A stretch of DNA of 64,000 nt from Ignavibacteriota bacterium (GTDB taxonomy: Bacteria > Bacteroidota > Ignavibacteria > UBA10030 > UBA6906): the NCBI GenBank assembly GCA_963801355.1, contig CAWDEM010000008.1, positions 192,001 through 256,000 of the forward strand, in the 5' to 3' direction. The notes beneath the pieces are model-generated. The model made no database searches. It saw only the letters and a program-made list of their open reading frames with translations, and had not been told where the DNA came from. Position 1 is the first letter of the stretch, and each line of letters starts with the position of its first letter. Made by a program: the position numbers and the translations under genes. Below are positions 37,413 through 45,785 of this stretch, piece by piece.

Positions 37413-38749
37413 AACGGTCAGAGGGGGAGTACCGCCGAACGCTCACCTACCTGTACGGCCTGCAGTACCGCGGCATCAAGTACGGCCTCAAAAACATCCG
37501 CGCACTCCTCAGAGCCTGCGGCAATCCGGAGTGCACATTCGCTGTCGTGCATGTCGCCGGCACAAATGGCAAAGGTTCCACCGCATCGTTCATCGCATCA
37601 ATTCTTCAGGAAGCCGGCTACCGCACCGGGCTCTACACGTCCCCGCATCTCGTCGACTTCACCGAACGGATCCGGATAAATGGGGCTCGGATATCAGAAG
37701 AACGACTCGTGATGTATGCGCGGGAAATGAGGCCCGCTTTCGAACGGACGCAGGCGACGTTCTTTGAAGCCACCACCTGTATTGCCTTCCGGTACTTTGC
37801 AGACGAACGGATCGAGATCGGGGTGATCGAGACGGGTCTGGGGGGCCGTCTGGATGCCACGAACGTTGTGATCCCCGTGGTGAGCATCATTACCAACGTG
37901 GGAATGGACCACACGGAGTATCTGGGAACCACTCTCCGCGCCATCGCAAGGGAGAAGGCCGGCATTATCAAGGCTGGAGTGCCCGTGGTGACCGCGTCGA
38001 CATCAGCTGAAGTGCTCGCGGTGCTTCGGTCCGCCGCAAAGAGCCGGGGAAGCGCATTTCATCACATGTGGGATGTCATTGCGCCATACATTGTGGGGAG
38101 CCGGAAGGGATGTTCAGAGGTCCGCTTCAGTGGTTCACGGTGGCGTATCCCGCCCGCGCGTCTCGGGTATCCGGGCGTGCACCAGGTCGACAATGCCGCC
38201 CTTGCCGTCTCTGCTCTGTCTCTTGCCGCGGGGCGGCACAGACTTGCCCGGCTCACACCCGGTGCCATTGTACGCGGGCTGAGGCATGTATTTCGCAATA
38301 CCGGCCTTGGGGGACGGATGCAGACCCTTACCCACGACGGCGTTCAGGTCACGCTGGATGTCGCGCATAACCCTGACGGCATGAAAGTCCTGGCTGACAC
38401 GCTGTCAGACCAGCACGTGGTGTATCCCGTGGCGGTATTCGGGATCGTGCGTGACAAGGATGCGGGTGCGGTGCTGGATGAACTACGCAGGGTTGCCCGG
38501 GAGGTAATCACTGTCGCGCCTACGACCGAGCGGGCCCGTAGCAGCCGCGAAATTGCGCGGATTGCCACCGAACGGGGAATTCTGGCGAAGGATGGCGGCA
38601 GTGTGTCCCGGGGGCTGGCTCTGGCCCTGAAGACGGTTCGTGCCGGCAATCCTCCCCCGCGGCGGAAGCTCCTCGTGGCCGGATCGCACTATCTGGTGGG
38701 TGAAGCGCTGCAATTTTTCAAGACGGCGGAAAGGCATGAAAAACCTTGA
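37409..38749 (+). CDS. folC: Bifunctional folylpolyglutamate/dihydrofolate synthase
   Basis: HVAGTNGKGST, GLYTSPHL, ETGLGGRLDATN, EKAGIIK, LDVAHN, GSHYLVGE. Confidence 0.95.
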   Translation: MKRSEGEYRRTLTYLYGLQYRGIKYGLKNIRALLRACGNPECTFAVVHVAGTNGKGSTASFIASILQEAGYRTGLYTSPHLVDFTERIRINGARISEERLVMYAREMRPAFERTQATFFEATTCIAFRYFADERIEIGVIETGLGGRLDATNVVIPVVSIITNVGMDHTEYLGTTLRAIAREKAGIIKAGVPVVTASTSAEVLAVLRSAAKSRGSAFHHMWDVIAPYIVGSRKGCSEVRFSGSRWRIPPARLGYPGVHQVDNAALAVSALSLAAGRHRLARLTPGAIVRGLRHVFRNTGLGGRMQTLTHDGVQVTLDVAHNPDGMKVLADTLSDQHVVYPVAVFGIVRDKDAGAVLDELRRVAREVITVAPTTERARSSREIARIATERGILAKDGGSVSRGLALALKTVRAGNPPPRRKLLVAGSHYLVGEALQFFKTAERHEKP

Positions 38750-38774
38750 CAAATATGCGGAAATTCTCTATACT
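38746..38774 (+). promoter_or_regulatory. Near-consensus sigma70 promoter of rho
   Basis: TTGACA (overlapping the folC stop)-17 bp-TATACT. Confidence 0.8.
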
Positions 38775-38944
38775 CATTACATCATGACATTTCGCTGCAC
38801 CGCCTGTTGTTCACATCTGTTCTATCGGTAACTCGTCCGCCCGACTATCCTTAATACTATTCCCCAGCAGTGACCTGAGTGCGTCGAAAACAGGAGCTGG
38901 CCATTACGCACTAACCAATTCACTTCGTGAGAGGCTTTTCATCC

Positions 38945-40198
38945 ATGGCAATGGACATTTCGGAGCTCAAATCAAAAAAAATCATTGAGCTCAACCAAAT
39001 CGCCAAGGAACTTAACATTTCCGGTTACAGCGATCTGCGCAAACAAGAATTGATATTCAAGATTCTTGAAGCGCAGACCGAACAGGGGGGCCTGAGTTTC
39101 AGCCGGGGGGTTCTCGAAGTACTGCCGGACGGTTATGGATTCCTTCGGTCGGTGGATTACAACTATCTACCGTCTCCCGACGACATCTACGTTTCGCCTT
39201 CACAGATCAAGAAGTTCAATCTCCGCACCGGTGATTCGGTCAGCGGGCAGGTGCGTCCTCCCAAGGAAGGTGAGCGGTTCTTTGCGCTGCTGCGGGTGGA
39301 GGCTGTGAACGACGAAAATCCCGATTCCATTCGTGAGCGTGTGCTGTTTGACAACCTCACGCCGCTGTATCCGAATACGAGTCTGAAGCTGGAAACCGCC
39401 CCGGGCGAGTATTCGATGCGCATCATGGACCTCCTGGCGCCCATCGGGAAGGGCCAGCGCGGCATGATCGTGTCGCCGCCGAAAGCCGGCAAGACCATCT
39501 TGCTTCAGAAGATTGCCAATAGCATCAGCCGGAATCATCCCGAAGTCAAACTGATCGTCCTCCTGATCGATGAGCGTCCGGAGGAAGTGACGGACATGGA
39601 GCGGTCGGTGAATGCCGAAGTCGTCAGCTCCACGTTTGACGAGCCGCCCGAGCGTCACGTGCAGGTGTCGGACATGGTACTCGAGAAATCGAAGCGACTC
39701 GTGGAAGCCAAGCGCGACGTAGTGATCCTACTGGACAGCATCACGCGTCTCGCGCGTGCCCACAATACGGTTGTCCCGCATTCCGGCAAGATTCTCTCCG
39801 GCGGCGTGGACGCGAATGCACTGCACAAGCCGAAACGGTTCTTCGGTGCCGCCCGCAATATCGAAGAAGGCGGCAGCCTCACCATCGTTGCAACGGCGCT
39901 CATCGAGACCGGCAGCCGCATGGACGAGGTGATCTTCGAGGAGTTTAAGGGGACGGGCAATATGGAAATCGTGCTCGACCGCAAACTGAGCGACCGGCGC
40001 ATCTTCCCCGCGATGGACGTCAACAAGTCCGGCACCCGCAAGGAAGAACTCCTCATCGACGCCGACGATCTGAACCGCATCTGGATCCTCCGGAAGCTTC
40101 TTGCAGAGATGAATACGGTGGAGGGGATGGAGTTCATGCTCGAGAAAATGCGCGGCACGAAATCGAACAAGGAATTTCTCCGGTCGATGAGCAGCTAG
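38945..40198 (+). CDS. rho: Transcription termination factor Rho (start 38945 or 38951)
   Basis: [72 protein letters not shown]. Confidence 0.98.
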   Translation: MAMDISELKSKKIIELNQIAKELNISGYSDLRKQELIFKILEAQTEQGGLSFSRGVLEVLPDGYGFLRSVDYNYLPSPDDIYVSPSQIKKFNLRTGDSVSGQVRPPKEGERFFALLRVEAVNDENPDSIRERVLFDNLTPLYPNTSLKLETAPGEYSMRIMDLLAPIGKGQRGMIVSPPKAGKTILLQKIANSISRNHPEVKLIVLLIDERPEEVTDMERSVNAEVVSSTFDEPPERHVQVSDMVLEKSKRLVEAKRDVVILLDSITRLARAHNTVVPHSGKILSGGVDANALHKPKRFFGAARNIEEGGSLTIVATALIETGSRMDEVIFEEFKGTGNMEIVLDRKLSDRRIFPAMDVNKSGTRKEELLIDADDLNRIWILRKLLAEMNTVEGMEFMLEKMRGTKSNKEFLRSMSS

Positions 40199-40263
40199 CG
40201 TTCGCCGGGCACCTTCACAATCATTCGTAGCTCTGAACTTCCACAGGGGACAACCGTTGCATC

Positions 40264-40302
40264 CTTCGTCCCGCCGCACTCCGGCGGGACGAAGATTCTG
40301 TT
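40264..40302 (+). terminator. Hairpin downstream of rho; probable intrinsic terminator
   Basis: Perfect 13-bp stem cttcgtcccgccg/cggcgggacgaag followed by attctgtt. Confidence 0.7.
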
Positions 40303-40419
40303 CCGCTCCCATCCCTCACCTCTTACGGCATTTCACAAAATTCTACTCTCAGGACCGATGTGCCGACCTCTTCGATGTTGCGCACGCGAGAGACAAACTA
40401 ACCAGGAGATAACGTCACA

Positions 40420-41274
40420 ATGGCATCCGACACGGTGGTGGTGATCGGTGCGGGGACTATGGGGAGTGGTATCGCCCAGGTCTTTGCCCACTATGGATTC
40501 AATGTCACCCTCGTCGACCTCCAGGCATCGTCCCTGGATCGTGCGCTGGTGACAATCGGTAAAAGCCTCGATCGTATGATCAAGAAGGGTACCATTGGCA
40601 CAGAGCGGCGGGACGAAACCCTGTCGCGCATCAGGGTCGGCACCGATATCATGGGCGCGCTCACCGGCGCCGAAATCGTGGTCGAGGCGGTATTCGAGGA
40701 TCCGGGTGTGAAGAAGGCCCTGTTCCGCGAGATAGACCCGGTGTGCGGACCTGAAGTCATCCTCGCGTCAAACACTTCCTCCATTTCCATCACGATGATT
40801 GCCGGAGCTACGAGCCATCCGGGAAGGGTGATCGGCATGCATTTCATGAATCCCGTCCCGGTCATACCGCTTGTGGAGGTTGTCCTCGGACACGCAACAT
40901 CTCCGGATACTGTGCAGGCGGTCAGGGCGATATGTGCGCGGATAGAAAAGACCCCGGTGGAAGTGGCGGATTCCCCGGGATTTGTGGCCAACAGAATGCT
41001 CATGCCGATGTTGAACGAGGCTATGTTTGCCGTGATGGAAGGTGTGGCCACCCCTTCGGCTATTGACACGGTGATGAAGGTCGGGTTGAACCATCCGATG
41101 GGAGCACTCGAGCTCGCGGACTTTATAGGGTTGGACGTGTGCCTTGCCATCATGAACGTTCTCCACGAAGGCTTTCTTGATTCAAAGTACCGTCCATGTC
41201 CGCTCTTGAAGCGCATGGTTGCGGAGGGAAACCTGGGGAGAAAGAGCGGGCACGGGTTCTATGCGTATCCCTAG
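40420..41274 (+). CDS. hbd: 3-hydroxybutyryl-CoA dehydrogenase
   Basis: VIGAGTMGSGIA, VEAVFE, LASNTSS, GMHFMNP, PGFVANR, HPMGALELADFIGLDV. Confidence 0.92.
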   Translation: MASDTVVVIGAGTMGSGIAQVFAHYGFNVTLVDLQASSLDRALVTIGKSLDRMIKKGTIGTERRDETLSRIRVGTDIMGALTGAEIVVEAVFEDPGVKKALFREIDPVCGPEVILASNTSSISITMIAGATSHPGRVIGMHFMNPVPVIPLVEVVLGHATSPDTVQAVRAICARIEKTPVEVADSPGFVANRMLMPMLNEAMFAVMEGVATPSAIDTVMKVGLNHPMGALELADFIGLDVCLAIMNVLHEGFLDSKYRPCPLLKRMVAEGNLGRKSGHGFYAYP

Positions 41275-41306
41275 ACTCCTGAAGGCAGCCGGGGGGGAAC
41301 CTTCCC

Positions 41307-41335
41307 TTGCTTAAATGAATTCTACACATTACATT
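41307..41335 (+). promoter_or_regulatory. Putative sigma70 promoter of the beta-barrel cluster
   Basis: TTGCTT-17 bp-TACATT, followed by GGGAGG RBS. Confidence 0.5.
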
Positions 41336-41370
41336 GGCGAATATATCACAATCATCCGGGAGGTCTTCTG

Positions 41371-41865
41371 ATGAAACAGACACTGACCATAGTTTGCCTG
41401 GTGGCGATTCTGCTTGCGGGAACTCACACAGCATCACAGGCGCAGAATGTCAGGTGGATTGTCGGTGGCAACATGGGACTGGGGATCTCGAGCGGTGGAT
41501 GGGGGGGTACGAGCGCGGGTTTCAATTTCGGCCCCATGGCTGAAGTTGTCTTTTCGAAACAGTTCGCCATCGGGACGGAATTCAACATCAATACGACATC
41601 AGGGACGCCGATCGAATGGGCGGACTACTTCAAGTACTATATCCTGGTCAAGGGTTCTACGCTGAAACCGTACGTGGATGGCGGCTTCAGCCTCATCTTC
41701 GTCACAGGGGGTCCGTATTTTGGCATTCGCTTCGGAGGCGGTGTTGGTTTTCTCGTGGCAAAATCAATCTACATAGGTCCGGATATCCAGCTAGGTCCCG
41801 TGTTTGTTACCGGATCGACCATGTTCGCCTTCCTGATTCGGGGGGCTTTCCGATACGAGCTCTGA
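41371..41865 (+). CDS. Small outer-membrane beta-barrel protein
   Basis: Signal peptide, Gly/aromatic amphipathic strands (KPYVDGG, FGGGVGF), C-terminal GAFRYEL. Confidence 0.78.
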   Translation: MKQTLTIVCLVAILLAGTHTASQAQNVRWIVGGNMGLGISSGGWGGTSAGFNFGPMAEVVFSKQFAIGTEFNINTTSGTPIEWADYFKYYILVKGSTLKPYVDGGFSLIFVTGGPYFGIRFGGGVGFLVAKSIYIGPDIQLGPVFVTGSTMFAFLIRGAFRYEL

Positions 41866-41913
41866 CAGAAGCAGCTCTGACACCACATACCATTCAATAG
41901 CCTGGAGGCGGCC

Positions 41914-42543
41914 GTGAAGAAGATTGTGCTATCTGTTGTATTCCTTATGCTCATGACCAATCTGGCCATGAGCCAGGTCAGCTTCGGCGGGGGCGGACAG
42001 CTGGGATTTTCCATAGCCATGTTTCCCGACCCGTTGAAAGACTATTACGGCATGGGGTTCGGATTTGGCGGGCACGGAGATGTCAACCTCATGAAATTCC
42101 TCACTGTCCGACTGAACGTGGACTACTACATGTTCGGCTTCGACAACAAAAAGTACGGTGAACTCATAGCCAAAGATCAGGGCGTCGCAGCAGGCGACAT
42201 TACTATGGAAGGATTGCGGATAGGTGCGTTGGGATTGATGATCAACGGTATTGGAAAGATACCCACCAAGAGCATCGTCACCCCGTACGGCATCCTGGGT
42301 TTCGGCTTGTATATGATGAGCGCCAGTGATCCCAAGGTGAGCTACAAGGGGCAGGATGTGACACAGCAGCTCGGGTTGGGGAAAACAGAATCCTCAACGG
42401 AATTCGCATTGAATTTTGGCGGGGGTTCCGAGTTCCAGGTCGGCAACCTCAAGCTATACGCTGAGATCAAGTTCGTCATGATCTTCACAAAAGGGAGCAA
42501 CTCAAACCATCTGCCGATATCTTTCGGGGTCACTATTCCCTAG
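41914..42543 (+). CDS. Small outer-membrane beta-barrel protein
   Basis: GGAGG RBS + GTG; signal peptide; TPYGILGFG, FALNFGGGSEF, LPISFGVT. Confidence 0.8.
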   Translation: MKKIVLSVVFLMLMTNLAMSQVSFGGGGQLGFSIAMFPDPLKDYYGMGFGFGGHGDVNLMKFLTVRLNVDYYMFGFDNKKYGELIAKDQGVAAGDITMEGLRIGALGLMINGIGKIPTKSIVTPYGILGFGLYMMSASDPKVSYKGQDVTQQLGLGKTESSTEFALNFGGGSEFQVGNLKLYAEIKFVMIFTKGSNSNHLPISFGVTIP

Positions 42544-42688
42544 TGCCGATTTTGCGCAGAAAACGCAGGAATCCGCAGCCGACCAAATCCTCCAGAACTT
42601 GATTGAAACTTTTCAGATTCTTATCTTGTTATGATGGTATTGGGAATAGGAAGAGGTTTATATTTCATTCACTATCTGGAGCCTTAAG

Positions 42689-43267
42689 ATGAAGAAGCTT
42701 GCACTTGTTGCCACAGTGGTCGGTTTGGTCGCTCTCATGTCCTTCAGTGCTTCTGCACAAGGCAAGTTTGCCCTGAATATTGGTGCGGATGTCTTGGTCC
42801 CTATGGGGAGCTTCAGCGATGCGGTGAGCATCGGATTTGGCGGGACTGCCCGTGGCGAGTACGCATTCACCCCGCAGCTCTCTGGGACATTCAGGACCGG
42901 TTACTTGATTTGGACAGGTAAATCGGTGGAAGGTCACGATCTCGGTAACTGGTCTGGAATTCCGATCCTCATTGGCGGCAAATACTACTTCCAACCGGAA
43001 GGGAAGATGCGCTTCTACGGAATGGCCGAACTTGGCCTCATGATTCTTTCGGTCTCGACCCCGGAAGTCAAGGTTGGCAACATCGTGGTTCTCCCGTCAG
43101 GCTCCGCCAGCTCCAGCGAATTCACGATTGCACCCACGGTCGGCCTTGAGGTCCCAGCGGGTCCCAAAGCCACAATCGACTTCGGGGTTGGATACATGCT
43201 CATAGCCTCCTCAGGTTCGGCCAGCAACCTCACCGGCCGAGTCGGCTACAAGTTCATGCTTAACTAA
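42689..43267 (+). CDS. Small outer-membrane beta-barrel protein
   Basis: Signal peptide; VPMGSFSD..GFGG, IPILIGGKYYF, FYGMAELG, RVGYKF. Confidence 0.8.
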   Translation: MKKLALVATVVGLVALMSFSASAQGKFALNIGADVLVPMGSFSDAVSIGFGGTARGEYAFTPQLSGTFRTGYLIWTGKSVEGHDLGNWSGIPILIGGKYYFQPEGKMRFYGMAELGLMILSVSTPEVKVGNIVVLPSGSASSSEFTIAPTVGLEVPAGPKATIDFGVGYMLIASSGSASNLTGRVGYKFMLN

Positions 43268-43282
43268 CAGGCATGCATTTAG

Positions 43283-43316
43283 AAAAGGGAAGCCCCACGG
43301 GGCTTCCTTTTTTTTT
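43283..43316 (+). terminator. Rho-independent terminator
   Basis: ggaagccc/gggcttcc stem followed by a T9 run and preceded by an A run. Confidence 0.9.
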
Positions 43317-43375
43317 GTCCACACAAGGCAAAGGACCCTGGGAAAATCCCCGGACTTCAGCCCCCTACAGCCCAC

Positions 43376-44353
43376 ATGCCCCATCGCATCCCTCTAATTC
43401 TAATCGTCATTGCGGCTTTTGCGCCGGCCTCCGCCCGATCGGAAGATTCTTCCAGGGTCGTCCTCAGGTTCGGCGGCGACGTACTGCTTGGCGGGCATTA
43501 TGAAGAGGCTGCCCGTCGCGATCCGGACAAAGCCTTCCGCGGATTTACCCTCTTCCAGGAATCGGATCTTTCCATTGTGAACCTGGAGAATCCCGTCACT
43601 ATACGGGGAACAATTGTCCCCAAACCCTTCAATTTCAGGATGCAGCCCCGTTTCCTGGGGAGTCTCAAGAAGGCCGGCATTTCCGTTGTTAATCTCGCAA
43701 ATAATCACATCTTTGATTATGGAAGGGAAGGTCTGGAGGACACATTCCGTCATCTGGATTTGGCCGGGATACGGCATATCGGGGCCGGCAACAACAGCAC
43801 GGAAGCCCACACCCCCCATATCCTCACAAAGGGGCACCAAACGGTCGCGGCCTTCGGCTACTACGCTGGAGGGGAGGCTCCGGGTGCCGGCAAGAATACC
43901 GCCGGCGTAGCAGTGCGAGACATTCGTCTTGCCAGCCGCGACATCAAGGTGGCAAGAGAAGAAGGAGCGACGTATATTGTAGTTATTCTTCATTGGGGAA
44001 CCGAAAAGGCCGACACGCCGAGTGCTGCCCAGCGGTGGTTTGCCCATTCGCTCATTGATGCCGGCGCTGACGCCGTAATCGGGCATCATCCCCATGTTTT
44101 GCAGGGTATCGAGCGTTACAAATCGGGTGTGATTGTGTATTCGCTCGGCAACCTTGTTTTCGGAGGTCTCAGGAGGAGCACCTATACTGCCGGAGTATTC
44201 GAAATCGGGTTGAGCAGTCAGGACACGACCTACCGTCTCATTCCGGTAGGAGTGCGCAATTGGCACCTCGAGGAGTTGATGGGAGAGGATTCATTGCGTG
44301 TGTGGCGACGGGTCCAGGAGCTGTCGAAGAGTTTTCCACATACCATACCGTAA
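43376..44353 (+). CDS. CapA-family (PGA_cap) metallophosphatase-fold protein
   Basis: GGDVLLG, VNLENP, NLANNHIFDYG, HWGTE, GHHPHVLQG, YSLGNLVF. Confidence 0.92.
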   Translation: MPHRIPLILIVIAAFAPASARSEDSSRVVLRFGGDVLLGGHYEEAARRDPDKAFRGFTLFQESDLSIVNLENPVTIRGTIVPKPFNFRMQPRFLGSLKKAGISVVNLANNHIFDYGREGLEDTFRHLDLAGIRHIGAGNNSTEAHTPHILTKGHQTVAAFGYYAGGEAPGAGKNTAGVAVRDIRLASRDIKVAREEGATYIVVILHWGTEKADTPSAAQRWFAHSLIDAGADAVIGHHPHVLQGIERYKSGVIVYSLGNLVFGGLRRSTYTAGVFEIGLSSQDTTYRLIPVGVRNWHLEELMGEDSLRVWRRVQELSKSFPHTIP

Positions 44354-44368
44354 TAACATGGAGACGTC

Positions 44369-44977
44369 ATGAAATCAAAAGGCTGTATGATCTCTGCCGC
44401 GGTTCTCATCGTTATCGCCGTTGTCGTCGGAGGTATCTTCCTCTGGGGTCTGGGAGTCTACAACAACCTGGTGGGCCAGGATGAGACGGTCCGTAAATCA
44501 TGGAGCGACGTTGAAGCGCAGTACCAACGGCGTCTGGATCTGATCCCGAATCTGGTGAACACCGTGAAGGGGTACGCAACGCAGGAGCAGACGGTATTTA
44601 TCGGCGTCGCGGAGGCCCGCTCAAAAGTGAGTCAGATGACCGTGACCAAAGAAGTTCTCGAAGACCCGCAGGCGTTTGCAAAGTTCCAGCAGGCACAGGA
44701 CCAACTCTCCAGCGCGTTGTCGCGCCTCCTCGTTGTTGCGGAACAGTACCCGCAATTGAAGTCGAACGAGAATTTCATGGATCTGCAGAAGCAACTTGAA
44801 GGAACCGAAAACCGGATCACCGTGGCACGCAGCCGGTACAACGAGACCGTGCAGGCATTCAACACGACCATCCGCCGTTTCCCGGCGTCGATGGTTGCCG
44901 GATTCACCGGCTTCAAAGAGAAGGCCTACTTCCAGGCGAAGGAAGGTGCGGAGGAAGCGCCAAAGGTCACTTTCTAG
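44369..44977 (+). CDS. lemA: LemA family protein
   Basis: N-terminal TM; YQRRLDLIPNLVNTVKGY, EQYPQLKSNENF, LEGTENRI. Confidence 0.95.
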   Translation: MKSKGCMISAAVLIVIAVVVGGIFLWGLGVYNNLVGQDETVRKSWSDVEAQYQRRLDLIPNLVNTVKGYATQEQTVFIGVAEARSKVSQMTVTKEVLEDPQAFAKFQQAQDQLSSALSRLLVVAEQYPQLKSNENFMDLQKQLEGTENRITVARSRYNETVQAFNTTIRRFPASMVAGFTGFKEKAYFQAKEGAEEAPKVTF

Positions 44978-44984
44978 GGACTGA

Positions 44985-45785
44985 ATGTCTCAACTTCTTG
45001 ATCCACTCCGGTTGATCCGGGTTTGCCGCCAGCGTTGGCCCGCAAGGGCAATACTGGCGGCACTCATACTCTTCTGTGCCATCGGGGGCGCCGCCCAAAC
45101 GCAAACCCCGATTCCAGTGCTGCGCGAGTATGTAACCGATCAGACGGGGACATTGTCGTCCGGAGAGCTCGCTTCGCTGAACGCCCGCCTCCGTCAGTTC
45201 GAAGATTCCACTTCGACGCAGATTGTGGTTGTGCTTCTTCCCACGATCGGCCGGGATGTGCTGGAGGAAGTGAGTCTGAAGATTGTCGAGGCCAACAAGG
45301 TCGGGCAGGAGAAGAAGGATAACGGTGCGCTTCTGCTGGTCGTGATGAACGATCGCTTGATGCGCATCGAAGTGGGGTATGGCCTTGAAGGAGTGCTCAC
45401 CGATGCGTTGAGCGCGCAGATCATCCGCCGCGAAATTGCGCCCCGTTTCAAAGCCGGTGACTACGCAGGGGGCATTGACGCCGGCGTCGAGGCCATCATG
45501 AAGGCAACCCGGAACGAGTATACGGCGGATCCGCGGGCGGACAATCAGGACACGATGTTTTCGTTCCCTTTCATTGTGTTCCTCATTATTCTGTTCATCG
45601 TCATTTCGCGCATGCGCCGGAACACCCGATTCATCGGCGGCGGATTCCCACCGGTAGGAAGGGGATGGGGAGGCGGCGGGAGCAGCTGGGGCGGAGGTTT
45701 TGGTGGAGGAGGGGGTTTTGGCGGTGGAGGCTTTAGCGGCGGGGGTGGGTCCTTTGGCGGGGGTGGCTCGAGCGGCAGCTGGTGA
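44985..45785 (+). CDS. TPM-domain membrane protein with Gly-rich tail
   Basis: VTDQTGTLS, DNGALLLV, RIEVGYGLEGVLTDA, TM helix, GGGSFGGGGSSGSW. Confidence 0.92.
   Translation: MSQLLDPLRLIRVCRQRWPARAILAALILFCAIGGAAQTQTPIPVLREYVTDQTGTLSSGELASLNARLRQFEDSTSTQIVVVLLPTIGRDVLEEVSLKIVEANKVGQEKKDNGALLLVVMNDRLMRIEVGYGLEGVLTDALSAQIIRREIAPRFKAGDYAGGIDAGVEAIMKATRNEYTADPRADNQDTMFSFPFIVFLIILFIVISRMRRNTRFIGGGFPPVGRGWGGGGSSWGGGFGGGGGFGGGGFSGGGGSFGGGGSSGSW

Noticed and set aside
43376-44353. Poly-gamma-glutamate capsule locus
   Set aside because: Only a CapA-domain gene is present, without capB/capC; stand-alone CapA homologues are widespread.
45640-45785. G-rich low-complexity tract
   Set aside because: It is the ordinary Gly-rich tail of TPM-domain proteins.
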